A stretch of 64,000 nucleotides of DNA from Thalassobaculaceae bacterium (lineage in GTDB: Bacteria > Pseudomonadota > Alphaproteobacteria > Thalassobaculales > Thalassobaculaceae), in assembly GCA_965228875.1 (NCBI GenBank), contig OZ245843.1, positions 3,702,616 to 3,766,615 on the forward strand, read 5' to 3'. The notes under the pieces are model-generated. The model ran no database searches and was not told where the DNA came from. It saw only the letters and a program-made list of their open reading frames with translations. Positions 55,007-64,000 of the stretch are shown piece by piece. Numbering within the stretch: position 1 is the stretch's first letter; every line of letters begins with the position of its first letter. The position numbers and the translations under genes are program-made.

Positions 55007-55696
55007 CTACGGCACCAGCCGGTAGCCGCCGGTATCCGTCACCAGGATCTCGGCCCGCGACGGGTCCGGCTCGATCTTCTGGCGCAGGCGATAGACATGG
55101 GTCTCGAGCGTGTGGGTTGTGACCCCGGCGTTGTAGCCCCAGACCTCGTTCAGCAGGGTCTCGCGCTTCACCATGCGGTCGCCGGCGCGGTAGAGATACT
55201 TCAGGATCGCCGTCTCCTTCTCGGTCAGGCGGATCTTGCGGTTCTTGCCCTCGTCGACCATCAGCTTGGCGGCCGGCTTGAACGCGTAGGGGCCGATGGA
55301 GAACACCGCGTCGTCGCTCTGCTCGTGCTGGCGCAGCTGGGCGCGCATCCGGGCCAGCAGCACCGCCACCTTGAACGGCTTGGTGACGTAGTCGTTGGCG
55401 CCGGCGTCGAGGCCGAGGATGGTGTCGGCATCGCTGTCCTGGGCGGTCAGCATGATGATCGGCGACTTGACCCCGGCCTTGCGCATCAGCCGGCAAAGGT
55501 CGCGGCCGTCCATGTCCGGCAGCCCGACATCGAGCAGAATAAGATCGAAGGTCTGGGTCTTTGCGGTCTCCAGCCCGTCGGTGCCGGTGCCGGCCTCGCT
55601 GGTCTCGAACTCCTCGTGAAGCTGAAGCTGCTCGGCGAGCGTGGTGCGCAGCGCCTCGTCGTCGTCCACCAGAAGAACCTTGCGTCCCGTCGTCAT
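55007..55696 (-). CDS. cenR: OmpR-family response regulator, CenR-like
   Basis: LLVDDD, LLDVGLPDMDG, RLTEKETAILKYL and VWGYNAGVTTHTLETHVYRLRQKIE motifs. Confidence 0.85.
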   Translation of the reverse strand: MTTGRKVLLVDDDEALRTTLAEQLQLHEEFETSEAGTGTDGLETAKTQTFDLILLDVGLPDMDGRDLCRLMRKAGVKSPIIMLTAQDSDADTILGLDAGANDYVTKPFKVAVLLARMRAQLRQHEQSDDAVFSIGPYAFKPAAKLMVDEGKNRKIRLTEKETAILKYLYRAGDRMVKRETLLNEVWGYNAGVTTHTLETHVYRLRQKIEPDPSRAEILVTDTGGYRLVP

Positions 55697-55804
55697 CGTC
55701 GTTCCCATCCGGTTTACCCGCACCGTCAATGCCCCGGGGCGTTGACAGGTTACCTCAATTCCCGCGACGGCGCTCACGCAGGCAGGCCGTCCTCCCTCCG
55801 CGGG

Positions 55805-56110
55805 TCATTCCCGCGGGCCGTCCTCGACGCCCTCGACCGTCACGCCCTTCCAGAACGCGACCCACCCGGCGATGCGGCGCGCCTTGCGCTTCGGTGCTAG
55901 ATAGCGCCAGGCGGCATCAATCTCCGCCCGGTCGCCGACCCGAACGGTGTAGTAGGTGGCGATACCGCGCCACGGACATCCGGTGCGGGTCGCGGTCTCC
56001 TCCAGGCAGTCGAGGCGCACGCTCTCGGGCGGGAAATAGGCCACGCCCTCAATGCTGATCACCTCGTCGGCCTCGGCCAGGACTACGCCATTGAACGTCG
56101 CGGTCGCCAT
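55805..56110 (-). CDS. DUF427 family protein
   Basis: YFPPESV, CPWRGIATYY, AAWRY and VAFW motifs. Confidence 0.9.
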   Translation of the reverse strand: MATATFNGVVLAEADEVISIEGVAYFPPESVRLDCLEETATRTGCPWRGIATYYTVRVGDRAEIDAAWRYLAPKRKARRIAGWVAFWKGVTVEGVEDGPRE

Positions 56111-56149
56111 CAGAACTCCGTGAACGGTCCGTGTACCGGCGCCCGGCCC

Positions 56150-57016
56150 TCAGAAACCGGGCGACAGCATCTGTCGCAGCATCGCCTGACACAGAGGGTG
56201 ATGCGGGTCGCCGAAGGCCTCCAGCGCGGTGAAGTGGTTGCCGTCGGGCACATCGACCGCCAGGGCCGGCTGCCCGGCGCCGCGCAGGGCGGCGACCAGC
56301 TCGTCGCGCTGGCGAAGGTACTCCGGCCCCTCCTCCATGCCGACCGTGGCGATCAGCGGCGGCAGCCGGTCCGCGTCCTTCGCCAGGCCGCGCGCGAGGG
56401 CGATGGGGCTCAGCGGCGCAACGTCCTCGGGGCGCAGGTTGAGGTGCCGGTTCAGGTAGCACAGCCGGATCGGCTCCAGGTCGTGGAGGCCGGAGACCGA
56501 GCAGCCGCCCTTCACGATGCCGGGGCGCCCCGTCGCGCCGCACAGCATCGCCGTCAGGTGACCGCCGGCGGAGTGGCCCGCGACGTGCAGACGGTCGGCG
56601 CGGCCGCCGACCCTGTCCGCATTGTCGTGGATCCAGTCGACCGCCGCCGTCACGTCCGCCACCACGTCCGCCATCGTCACATCGGGGCAGAGCCGGTATC
56701 CGACCGACACGAATGTCACATCGGCGGCCACGAAGGTCGGAGCGAGGAAATGCACCAGGGACTTGTCCCGGGAATGCCAGTAGCCGCCGTGAATGAAGGC
56801 GAGGATTGGCGCATCGGGCCGGGCGGCGGGGAACACGTCCAGCCGCTGGCGATCGTGCGCGCCGTAGGCGAGGTCGAGGTCGCAGGAGAGTTGAGCGCGC
56901 GCCTCCTCGCCCCGGGTCAGCCACGGACCGACGATCGACGCGACGTCCGGCACCTTCGCCTGATTGTTGTACTGGGCATCCAGGCCGTCCTGGTCATAGG
57001 GTCCGAATACCGTCAT
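56150..57016 (-). CDS. alpha/beta hydrolase (arylformamidase/HSL-like)
   Basis: IHGGYW, GHSAGG, SG..DL and NHF motifs. Confidence 0.9.
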   Translation of the reverse strand: MTVFGPYDQDGLDAQYNNQAKVPDVASIVGPWLTRGEEARAQLSCDLDLAYGAHDRQRLDVFPAARPDAPILAFIHGGYWHSRDKSLVHFLAPTFVAADVTFVSVGYRLCPDVTMADVVADVTAAVDWIHDNADRVGGRADRLHVAGHSAGGHLTAMLCGATGRPGIVKGGCSVSGLHDLEPIRLCYLNRHLNLRPEDVAPLSPIALARGLAKDADRLPPLIATVGMEEGPEYLRQRDELVAALRGAGQPALAVDVPDGNHFTALEAFGDPHHPLCQAMLRQMLSPGF

Positions 57017-57114
57017 GCGCATCCTCCGCTTTCCGTCCCGTCGCGACGGAGCGTTCCGTCCTCCCGCCGTTCTATCATCTTGACCCGGCCGGCGCGGCGA
57101 TCAATATGCGCGCC

Positions 57115-58272
57115 ATGCCCAGCGACCGCGACCCCCCCACCAGCCAATCCGCCAGCCGACCCGCCCTCCGCGCGCCCGGACAGCTTGCCGTCGACCGCGC
57201 CGTCTCCGAGCTCCGGCGCGGCGGCATCGTCGCCGTGCGGGCCGGTCGCGACCTCGACCGCCTCGCCGTGGCCGCCGCAAGCGAGATGGCGACGCGCGAG
57301 CTGCTGGGCCAGATGTCGTCGATCGCCGGCTCGGAACCGCGCCTGGTCCTGACCCGGAACCGGGCCGTCATGCTTGGCTCCGGCGCCCGCACGCCGGCCG
57401 TGTCGGTCGCCATGGCGGGGCCGCTCGAGGTCGACACGGTCCTCGACCTGTCGGACCCGACCCGCGGCGCCGCCCTGTCGGCCGGCCTGACATCCCTGCC
57501 GGAGCAGGAGGATACCCCGGCCGCCGCCGCCGTGCGGCTGGTCAAGCTGGCCCGCCTGCTGCCGAGCGCGCTGGTCGCCGCCGTGCCGGGCATCACCCCG
57601 GCGACGGTCACCGCCTGGGCGCGCGAGCGCGCGATGCTCGTCGTCGAGGCCGGCGAGATCGACCGGTATGCCGAGACCACCGCGCACCGCCTGGTCCGGG
57701 CCGTGGCGGCGCGCGTGCCGCTGGCCGACGCCGAACAGTGCGAGCTGATCGCGTTCCGGCCGATGGACGGCGGAACCGAGCATGTGGCGATCCGCGTCGG
57801 CGACCCCGACCTCACGGGACCGGTCCTCATCCGGATCCACTCCGCCTGCCTCACCGGAGACCTGCTGGGCAGTCTGCGCTGCGACTGCGGCGACCAGCTG
57901 CGCGGCGCCATCCGCGAACTCGCGGCGGCCGGCGGCGGCGTACTGCTCTACCTCGCCCAGGAGGGGCGGGATATCGGCCTCATCAACAAGCTCCGGGCCT
58001 ACACGCTGCAGGATCTCGGCGCCGATACCGTCGACGCCAACACCGCCCTCGGCTTCGACGACGACGAGCGGGTCTACTTCCCGGCGGCGGAGATGCTGCG
58101 GCAGCTGGGGATCGACCGGGTACGGCTGATGACGAACAACCCGTCGAAGATCGACCAGCTCGCAGGCTGCGGGGTCGAGGTGGTGGAGCGGGTGCCCCAC
58201 GTCTTCGCCTCGAACAAGCACAACGAACGGTACCTCGCCACCAAGGCAAGCCGGTCCGGTCACATGCTCTGA
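57115..58272 (+). CDS. ribA: GTP cyclohydrolase II with N-terminal RibB-like extension
   Basis: RIHSACLTGD, SLRCDCG, QEGR.IGL.NK and MTNNP motifs. Confidence 0.93.
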   Translation: MPSDRDPPTSQSASRPALRAPGQLAVDRAVSELRRGGIVAVRAGRDLDRLAVAAASEMATRELLGQMSSIAGSEPRLVLTRNRAVMLGSGARTPAVSVAMAGPLEVDTVLDLSDPTRGAALSAGLTSLPEQEDTPAAAAVRLVKLARLLPSALVAAVPGITPATVTAWARERAMLVVEAGEIDRYAETTAHRLVRAVAARVPLADAEQCELIAFRPMDGGTEHVAIRVGDPDLTGPVLIRIHSACLTGDLLGSLRCDCGDQLRGAIRELAAAGGGVLLYLAQEGRDIGLINKLRAYTLQDLGADTVDANTALGFDDDERVYFPAAEMLRQLGIDRVRLMTNNPSKIDQLAGCGVEVVERVPHVFASNKHNERYLATKASRSGHML

Positions 58273-58385
58273 ACCGGACCTGTGCATCGCCGGGCCTGTG
58301 CGTTACCGGCCCCCGACCGGCGAGGCAGTGGCGACGGAGACGGGGTGGCGGCAGGGTTGCTGCGGGGCGAAAGATTCCGGGCGCC

Positions 58386-58497
58386 CGGCAGTCTCTGCCG
58401 AACCGGGGGAACCGGGTCCCGGCGACGTCGGCCGTTCGATCTCAAGTGATTGATTTTCAAAGAAATCCTGGACGGCTTTGCTGGCACGTCCCTTGCT
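58386..58497 (+). promoter_or_regulatory. sigma54 promoter with IHF site and upstream activator palindrome
   Basis: TGGCAC-N5-TTGCT at 58482-58497; AATCAAtcacTTG on the minus strand at 58443-58455; CGGCA-N5-TGCCG at 58386-58400. Confidence 0.8.
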
Positions 58498-58526
58498 TGG
58501 TTTCCAACGAGCGAAGGAGTGCGCCC

Positions 58527-59387
58527 ATGACCGTGACACAAGCTGCCGCCCAGACGACCCCCAGCTGGTGGACCCAGCAGGCCGGGCCGAGCGGCGAGGC
58601 CGATCCGAACGCCGCCGATGCCGGCGCTACGGAAGAGTCGTTCGGCTTCGGCGATTTTCTGGACGTCATCAATCCGCTGCAGCACATCCCGGTCGTCGGC
58701 ACGATCTACCGGGAGCTGACCGGCGATCAGATCTCCGAGACCGCACGCATGGCCGGTGGCGCCATATGGGGCGGACCCGCCGGGCTGATCGGCGCCCTGG
58801 CCAACACCATCACCGAACGGGAGGCCGGCGGCGACATCGGCGCCACGGCGCTGGCCTATGCCCGGAGCGAGGAAACCGGTCCCTCGACGGCGCCGGCCGC
58901 CACTCTCGCCGCCGCGCCCGAAACCGGCGCGGAGACCGCGCCCGGGCTGACGCCGCCCTCAGCCGCCGTCGCCCGGTTCGCCTCCGCCGAGCCGGTGTCC
59001 GCCTCCACACTCGCGGCCGACGGCATGGACGCGCCCTCCGCTCAGACCCAGCAGTTCAACGGGAGCGCCGCCAGTCGCCTCGACGCCTTCATCCGACAGG
59101 CCAACGCCGTGCGGACCCCGGCCGAGGTTCCAGCCCAGGTTCCGGTCCAGGCTTCAACCGCGCTCCCGGCCCAGGCGCAACAGCGCGTGGCCGCTGCCGC
59201 GTCGACGCGCGCCCCGACGCCGATCGGGCCGGCGGTCGCCGCCGTCGAGCCGTCGCCGTCCGACACCGCCAGGGCCGGCGCACCGGCACCGCTCAAGCTG
59301 GCCGCCGACGGGAACACGGATGTCGCCCACTGGATGATGCGCGCGCTGGACCGCTACGAGAGCATGAAGACCACCGGGACGTCGTAG
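58527..59387 (+). CDS. hypothetical protein (FGDFLDVINPLQHIPVVGTIYR block, Ala/Pro linker, C-terminal MMRALDRY helix)
   Basis: AAGGAG RBS; sigma54 promoter directly upstream. Confidence 0.8.
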   Translation: MTVTQAAAQTTPSWWTQQAGPSGEADPNAADAGATEESFGFGDFLDVINPLQHIPVVGTIYRELTGDQISETARMAGGAIWGGPAGLIGALANTITEREAGGDIGATALAYARSEETGPSTAPAATLAAAPETGAETAPGLTPPSAAVARFASAEPVSASTLAADGMDAPSAQTQQFNGSAASRLDAFIRQANAVRTPAEVPAQVPVQASTALPAQAQQRVAAAASTRAPTPIGPAVAAVEPSPSDTARAGAPAPLKLAADGNTDVAHWMMRALDRYESMKTTGTS

Positions 59388-59399
59388 ACCTGGATCGGA

Positions 59400-60110
59400 T
59401 CAGGCGTAGTCGCGGGCGCCGAAGATCGCGGTACCGACCCGCACATGGGTGGCGCCGAGTTCCACCGCCACCTCGTAGTCGCCGCTCATGCCCATCGACA
59501 GGCCCGTGAGGCCGTTGCGCTTGGCGATCTCCCGCAGCATGGCGAAGTGCAGGGCCGGGTTGTCCTCGACCGGCGGAATGCACATCAGGCCGGCGACCGT
59601 CAGGCCCAGCGTGCCCCGGCACTCGGCGATGAAGGCATCGGCCTCCGCCGGGGCGATCCCGGCCTTCTGCTCCTCCTCGCCGGTATTGACCTGGACGTAG
59701 CAGGCGAGGCGGCGGCCCTGCTTCTCCATTTCCTTGGCCAGCTCGCGGGCGAGCTTCGGGCGGTCGACGGTCTGGATCACGTCGAACAGCTCCACCGCCT
59801 CGCGCACCTTGTTGGTCTGCAGCGGGCCGATCAGGTGAAGCTCCACGTTCGGATACCGCGCGCGGAACGCCGGCCATTTTCCCTTGGCCTCCTGCACCCG
59901 GTTCTCTCCGAACACGCGCTGGCCGGCCATCAGCGCGGCCTCGACCCGTTCCGTCGGCTGAACCTTGCCGACCGCGATCAGCGTGACGGCGGCGGCGTCC
60001 CGCTCGGCCGCCGCCGCGGCCCCTGCGATCGCCTTGCGCACGGTGTCCAGATTGTCCGCGATCTGCCGGACGAGATGCGGATCGACCGCATCGCTCTGTG
60101 CCTCGGTCAT
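59400..60110 (-). CDS. yggS: YggS family PLP-binding protein
   Basis: FGENRVQE, HLIGPLQTNK, SMGMSGD and VRVGTAIFG motifs. Confidence 0.96.
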   Translation of the reverse strand: MTEAQSDAVDPHLVRQIADNLDTVRKAIAGAAAAAERDAAAVTLIAVGKVQPTERVEAALMAGQRVFGENRVQEAKGKWPAFRARYPNVELHLIGPLQTNKVREAVELFDVIQTVDRPKLARELAKEMEKQGRRLACYVQVNTGEEEQKAGIAPAEADAFIAECRGTLGLTVAGLMCIPPVEDNPALHFAMLREIAKRNGLTGLSMGMSGDYEVAVELGATHVRVGTAIFGARDYA

Positions 60111-62017
60111 TGCTCTTCCTCCGCATAGCCGTAGCGGGCGATCTCCGTCGACAGCCGTTCGGCGATCGGCGCCATCACGCTATCATAGCGCCGCCAGCGG
60201 GCCAGCGCCGTGCGGTAGATCGGCCGGGTCACCTGGGCGGCGCTGGGGGTCGCCAGCACCCCCCGGGTCTTCGCATGTTCGTGGAACGCCAGCATCACCG
60301 GATCGAAGTCCAGGTCCAGGAACCCGGTGATCCGCCGGGCCTCGGCCTCGAGATCGGCGACCACGTCCTCGTAGCGCACGGCGATCGCCGGGACCGGAAC
60401 CGCCGCGCGGTAGCTTTCCCAGGCGGCGAACACGGCGCTGTACAGCTCCGCGGCGGTTTCGACCGTCGCGAACGCCGCCATCCAGTCGTTGAGCTGGAAG
60501 GACTGCATGAAGCAGGACAGGACCACGTCGCAGGGGTGGCGCAGGGCCAGGATGAAGCGCGCGCCCGGAAAGACCCGGCGGATCATCGCCACATGCACCA
60601 GGTTGAGCGGCATCTTGTCGACCGTGTAGCGCGCCGTCCCCTGACGGGTGTGCCGCGCCAGACGCTCTCGATACCGCGCCCGCAGGTCCGCCGCCTCGGC
60701 CTCGGTCAGCGCCGGCAGGTCCTCGGGATAGCGTCGGCCGGCGGTGGCCAGGTCGGCGGTCATCGCCGCGATCAGCGGCCGCTCCTCGATCACCTCGATC
60801 GCCGGATGGGCGTCGAGGATCTGGTCCAGCAATGTCGTGCCCGAGCGGGGAAAGCCGACCACGAACAGCAGATCGTCGCCTTCGGCCCCCGCGCCCACCG
60901 GCGGGCCGGAACGGTGAAGCGCCGTCAACGCCTCAAGCTGGGCGAACACCCGGGCCGGGTCACGCGGCGGGCGGGCCGACACCGCCTGCTGGGCATTGGC
61001 CGCGCGGAACGCCTCGAACGCCTCGTCGCATCGCCCCTCGGCCTCCAGCGCGCGGGCCCGTTCGAAGAGAACCAGGTGCCGGGTCGCCGCCGGCGTGCGC
61101 TCGGCCCATCCGTCGACCTGGGCCAGGGCGGCCCGCGGATCGCCCCGCCGACGCGCCACCGCGGCCCGAACCAGCCGGCCTCCGATGGCGTTCGGCGCCA
61201 CCGACAGGCACTGGCGCGCCAGGGTGTCGGCGGTGTCCAGATCGGAAGCGTTCTCCGCCAGCTCGGCGGCAAGCGACAGGGCCGACGCGCTATCCGGCGC
61301 GGCCAGGAGCACCCGGCGAATGGCGGAACGCGCCGCGCGCCCGTCGCCGGCGGCGCGATGGATGCTCGCGAGCTGGCGCAGCAGGACCGTGTCGAGCGGC
61401 CGGCGGGCCAGGTGCGACCGCAGCAGGTCGAGCGCCCGGTCGTGCTGGTCGAGCTGGCCGTACAGGCCGGACAGGCCGACGACCGCCTCCTGTCCCGCAC
61501 CCCGCTCGACGGCACGGGACAGGTGGGCCGCCGCCTCCTCGAACCGGCCAAGCTGGCGCAGGGCCGTTCCCAGATTGGTCAGGGCCGCCGCATCGCCTTC
61601 GCCGGCCGGCCCGATCAGGGGGCCGTAGGCGGCGACGGCATCGGCCGGCCGGTCGGCCGACAGCGCCGCATCGCCGGTCAGACGCCGGACCGCCGGATTG
61701 CTCCGCGCCGGCTCCGGCACCCTCTCCAGCAGCCCGAGCGCGCCGGCCGGATCGTCCATCGCCAGCCGCACCTGGGCGTGGTTGACCAGGATCTGCGGAT
61801 CGCCGGGCGCGCGGCGGGATGCGGCGGCGAGCAGCCGGTCGGCCGCCGGATAGTTGCCCGCCGCCGCCTCCAGCATCGCCAGGCGGAACAGCGCCGGCAC
61901 CGGAACGGCGGCATGATCCGCCAGCACGGCGTGGTGGCGGCGGGCCGGGCCGGGATCCCCGGACTGCAGCGCGCGATCCAGCGCCGATCTTGCATTGGGT
62001 GGGAGCGGACCGGCCAT
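60107..62017 (-). CDS. TPR-sulfotransferase fusion
   Basis: TPR-like helices followed by GFPRSGTTLL, DKMPLN and RHPCDVVLS. Confidence 0.9.
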   Translation of the reverse strand: MAGPLPPNARSALDRALQSGDPGPARRHHAVLADHAAVPVPALFRLAMLEAAAGNYPAADRLLAAASRRAPGDPQILVNHAQVRLAMDDPAGALGLLERVPEPARSNPAVRRLTGDAALSADRPADAVAAYGPLIGPAGEGDAAALTNLGTALRQLGRFEEAAAHLSRAVERGAGQEAVVGLSGLYGQLDQHDRALDLLRSHLARRPLDTVLLRQLASIHRAAGDGRAARSAIRRVLLAAPDSASALSLAAELAENASDLDTADTLARQCLSVAPNAIGGRLVRAAVARRRGDPRAALAQVDGWAERTPAATRHLVLFERARALEAEGRCDEAFEAFRAANAQQAVSARPPRDPARVFAQLEALTALHRSGPPVGAGAEGDDLLFVVGFPRSGTTLLDQILDAHPAIEVIEERPLIAAMTADLATAGRRYPEDLPALTEAEAADLRARYRERLARHTRQGTARYTVDKMPLNLVHVAMIRRVFPGARFILALRHPCDVVLSCFMQSFQLNDWMAAFATVETAAELYSAVFAAWESYRAAVPVPAIAVRYEDVVADLEAEARRITGFLDLDFDPVMLAFHEHAKTRGVLATPSAAQVTRPIYRTALARWRRYDSVMAPIAERLSTEIARYGYAEEEQ

Positions 62018-62021
62018 GGCG

Positions 62022-62873
62022 TCAGACCGTGGGCCTGCCGTGCTTGTCGATGTAGCGGAGCTCCCGCAGAACCTCGCCATGGGCCTCGATCAGCCTGGCG
62101 ACGTGCGCGTCCGACAGATGCCTGCGCCAGCCGCCGACCCTGCCTTCGCGAAAGAAGGTCTGATCTGCCCGCACCCGTTCGCGGAACCCGCCCTGCTTCT
62201 CCTGCCTGGACATTTCCGCGAAGCTGCTGAAGCGGATGGCCTTCTTTATGCGGTCCGGCGTCGACGGCAGGTTCAGGAACTTCACGACGCGGGAGAATTC
62301 CTTGAACGGGCGGCCGCGCAGGTCCTCGTAGCGCAGAACCAAGGGCTCGAAACCGGGAACCCCGCGGGTCCAGCTCTGGTAGTGAGCGCCCCAGGGTCCG
62401 AGGTACTGAACGATGGCGGCTTGCGTGGTCGGCGTATGCATCGTCTCCCGGCACAGCCCGTCGACGACATCGTCCATGTCGCCGTTGTAGTGCGCGGCGA
62501 AGGAGACGGCGACGTCGAACACGTTCCGCACGACGTAGATCGCGCCCATCGTGCAGTCGAGGTCGATCAGCGGGATGTCGTTGACGAACCCGATGCGGTT
62601 GTGGGTCTTGACGATCGACGTGTCCGGCCGGTCCGCCAGCGAGCGCTGGAGGACGGGGCGCAGTTCCTGGATCTCCAGGTCGCTCAGCTCGTCGATCGGG
62701 CGGGCGGCGAGCGCCTGATAGAGGTGACGCTGGGAATCCCCGAAGGCGACCACATTCAGATCGTTGATGGAGACGGGCTCGTCGGCGTTCCGGAACAGGT
62801 TCTCCAGAAAGACCCGAACCCAGGTGTTGCCCGACTTCGGATAGGACGCGAGCCAGAGAATGCCGCCGGCCAT
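62022..62873 (-). CDS. PAPS-dependent sulfotransferase
   Basis: SYPKSGNTW (5'-PSB), KTH, RNVFDVAVS (3'-PB) and FFREGRVGGW motifs. Confidence 0.92.
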   Translation of the reverse strand: MAGGILWLASYPKSGNTWVRVFLENLFRNADEPVSINDLNVVAFGDSQRHLYQALAARPIDELSDLEIQELRPVLQRSLADRPDTSIVKTHNRIGFVNDIPLIDLDCTMGAIYVVRNVFDVAVSFAAHYNGDMDDVVDGLCRETMHTPTTQAAIVQYLGPWGAHYQSWTRGVPGFEPLVLRYEDLRGRPFKEFSRVVKFLNLPSTPDRIKKAIRFSSFAEMSRQEKQGGFRERVRADQTFFREGRVGGWRRHLSDAHVARLIEAHGEVLRELRYIDKHGRPTV

Positions 62874-62876
62874 TGG

Positions 62877-64000
62877 CTAGACCTGGACGGGGAAGATGAC
62901 CCGGTGATCGATCAGCGCCTGGATCAGCCGCCGGCCCGCATCGCCCCGCTGACCATGGGCCTGTGAGAGCTGGGACAGCCAGAAGTCCTCGCGATCGAGG
63001 ATCCAGGACAGCATCCCGGCATCGTCTGCGCCCAGGCGGAAGTCAGCGCCGCGATGGGAGACCTTGAGGCCGTCGGCATCGGGCTCGACCGCGGGCCGGT
63101 AACGGGAGACGAAGAAATAGCCGTCGGGCTCGCGTTCGGGAAACCGGTAGTCGGTGACCTTGTCGAACATCCGATCCTTCTGAAAGGCGGAGACGAACTC
63201 GTGGAACGCCGGGTCCGCCAGGACCTTGGTCACGGTCTGGCCGATACCCTGCAGATACGCCGCCAGTGCGCCGCGATCCTCGAAATGCGGCAGGCGTTTG
63301 CGGAAGTACTCCTGGCCCTGCATCTCGCGCGCGAGCATCTCGAGCACGGCGACGCCTACCGCCGGGGTCGCACCGAAGGACAGGTGAAGCGACGCCGTGT
63401 CGGTGGCGATGGCGTCGTGGTACACGCCGCGCGGCAGGTAGAGAATGTCGCCGGGCCGGGTGGTAACCTGCTGGGCGAGTTTGCCCTTCATCCGCGTATG
63501 CTGCTCGGCGGTGAAGTCGCTGGGTCGGCTGCCCGGTACGAAGGCCGCCTCCGGAAAGCGCCCCTCATAGACGTTCCAGGTCTTCTCCCCTTCGATCTGC
63601 AGGGCGAAGACGTCCATGCAGTCGAAATGCGAGGCATAGCCACGGACCGACTTCCAGGAGCAGTAGGCGTTGCAGGACGTGTTGGCACCGGTCAGGCGCT
63701 CCAACGCGCGCGAGACGGCGGAGACCTCCGGGTCGATCCCTTCGAGGAAATCCAGGACGAACGTCGCGCCCTTCTGAAGCAGGGCCGTGACCTTGGCCCG
63801 GTCGGGCCGCAGACCCTGCTCGCCCTGCCGTCCATGGCCCGGCCGGCAATACTGCGGCGGCGGCAGGACTTTCCCGTCCAGCGCCATCTCGATCGTGTCC
63901 GCATCCCAGAGCTTCGGGCGCTGCAGCAGATCGTTCATCCGGCTCCAGGAGAACAGCTCCGCGACGTCGCGCACGGCGCCGGCTTCATAGTAGGGGGCCT
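62877..64000 (-). CDS. JmjC/cupin_4 Fe(II)/2-oxoglutarate oxygenase (5' end beyond window)
   Basis: SHFD, QIEGEKTW and GDILYLPRGVYH motifs; frame stays open to the window edge. Confidence 0.88.
   Translation of the reverse strand, partial: APYYEAGAVRDVAELFSWSRMNDLLQRPKLWDADTIEMALDGKVLPPPQYCRPGHGRQGEQGLRPDRAKVTALLQKGATFVLDFLEGIDPEVSAVSRALERLTGANTSCNAYCSWKSVRGYASHFDCMDVFALQIEGEKTWNVYEGRFPEAAFVPGSRPSDFTAEQHTRMKGKLAQQVTTRPGDILYLPRGVYHDAIATDTASLHLSFGATPAVGVAVLEMLAREMQGQEYFRKRLPHFEDRGALAAYLQGIGQTVTKVLADPAFHEFVSAFQKDRMFDKVTDYRFPEREPDGYFFVSRYRPAVEPDADGLKVSHRGADFRLGADDAGMLSWILDREDFWLSQLSQAHGQRGDAGRRLIQALIDHRVIFPVQV

Noticed and set aside
57115..57700. N-terminal extension of RibA as a novel domain
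   Set aside because: Consistent with the degenerate RibB-like domain common in alphaproteobacterial RibA.

Overview
GC-rich alphaproteobacterial chromosome segment; gene content and order suggest Rhodospirillales (inference). From left to right: a glycosyltransferase/phosphatase/deacetylase plus peptide-type ABC transporter operon; pgk and pckA; an ArsR-SRPBCC-ClpP cassette; mdh-sucCD-sucAB-lpdA; xerC-DUF484-transaldolase; priA; an AT-rich NYN nuclease islet; ccrM-rnhB and a radical SAM gene with a LexA box; moaB, slt, udg, ETF-QO, TPR-ispE; three tandem genes that each start with the PodJ N-terminal motif; tRNA-Gln(TTG); an adenylate cyclase-methyltransferase-MBL hydrolase block; cenR, ribA and a sigma54/IHF-promoter gene; and a yggS-sulfotransferase-sulfotransferase-JmjC cluster running off the right edge. 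No CRISPR array, prophage or transposase was seen. The best candidates for undescribed biology are (1) the three PodJ-N paralogues, each with a different anchor, (2) a ClpP cassette whose SRPBCC partner ends in an encoded ssrA-like degron, (3) a GNRA hairpin leader on the NYN RNase gene, (4) the JmjC plus two sulfotransferases module, and (5) an unannotated 52-aa membrane protein. All calls come from motif recognition by eye; no searches were run.
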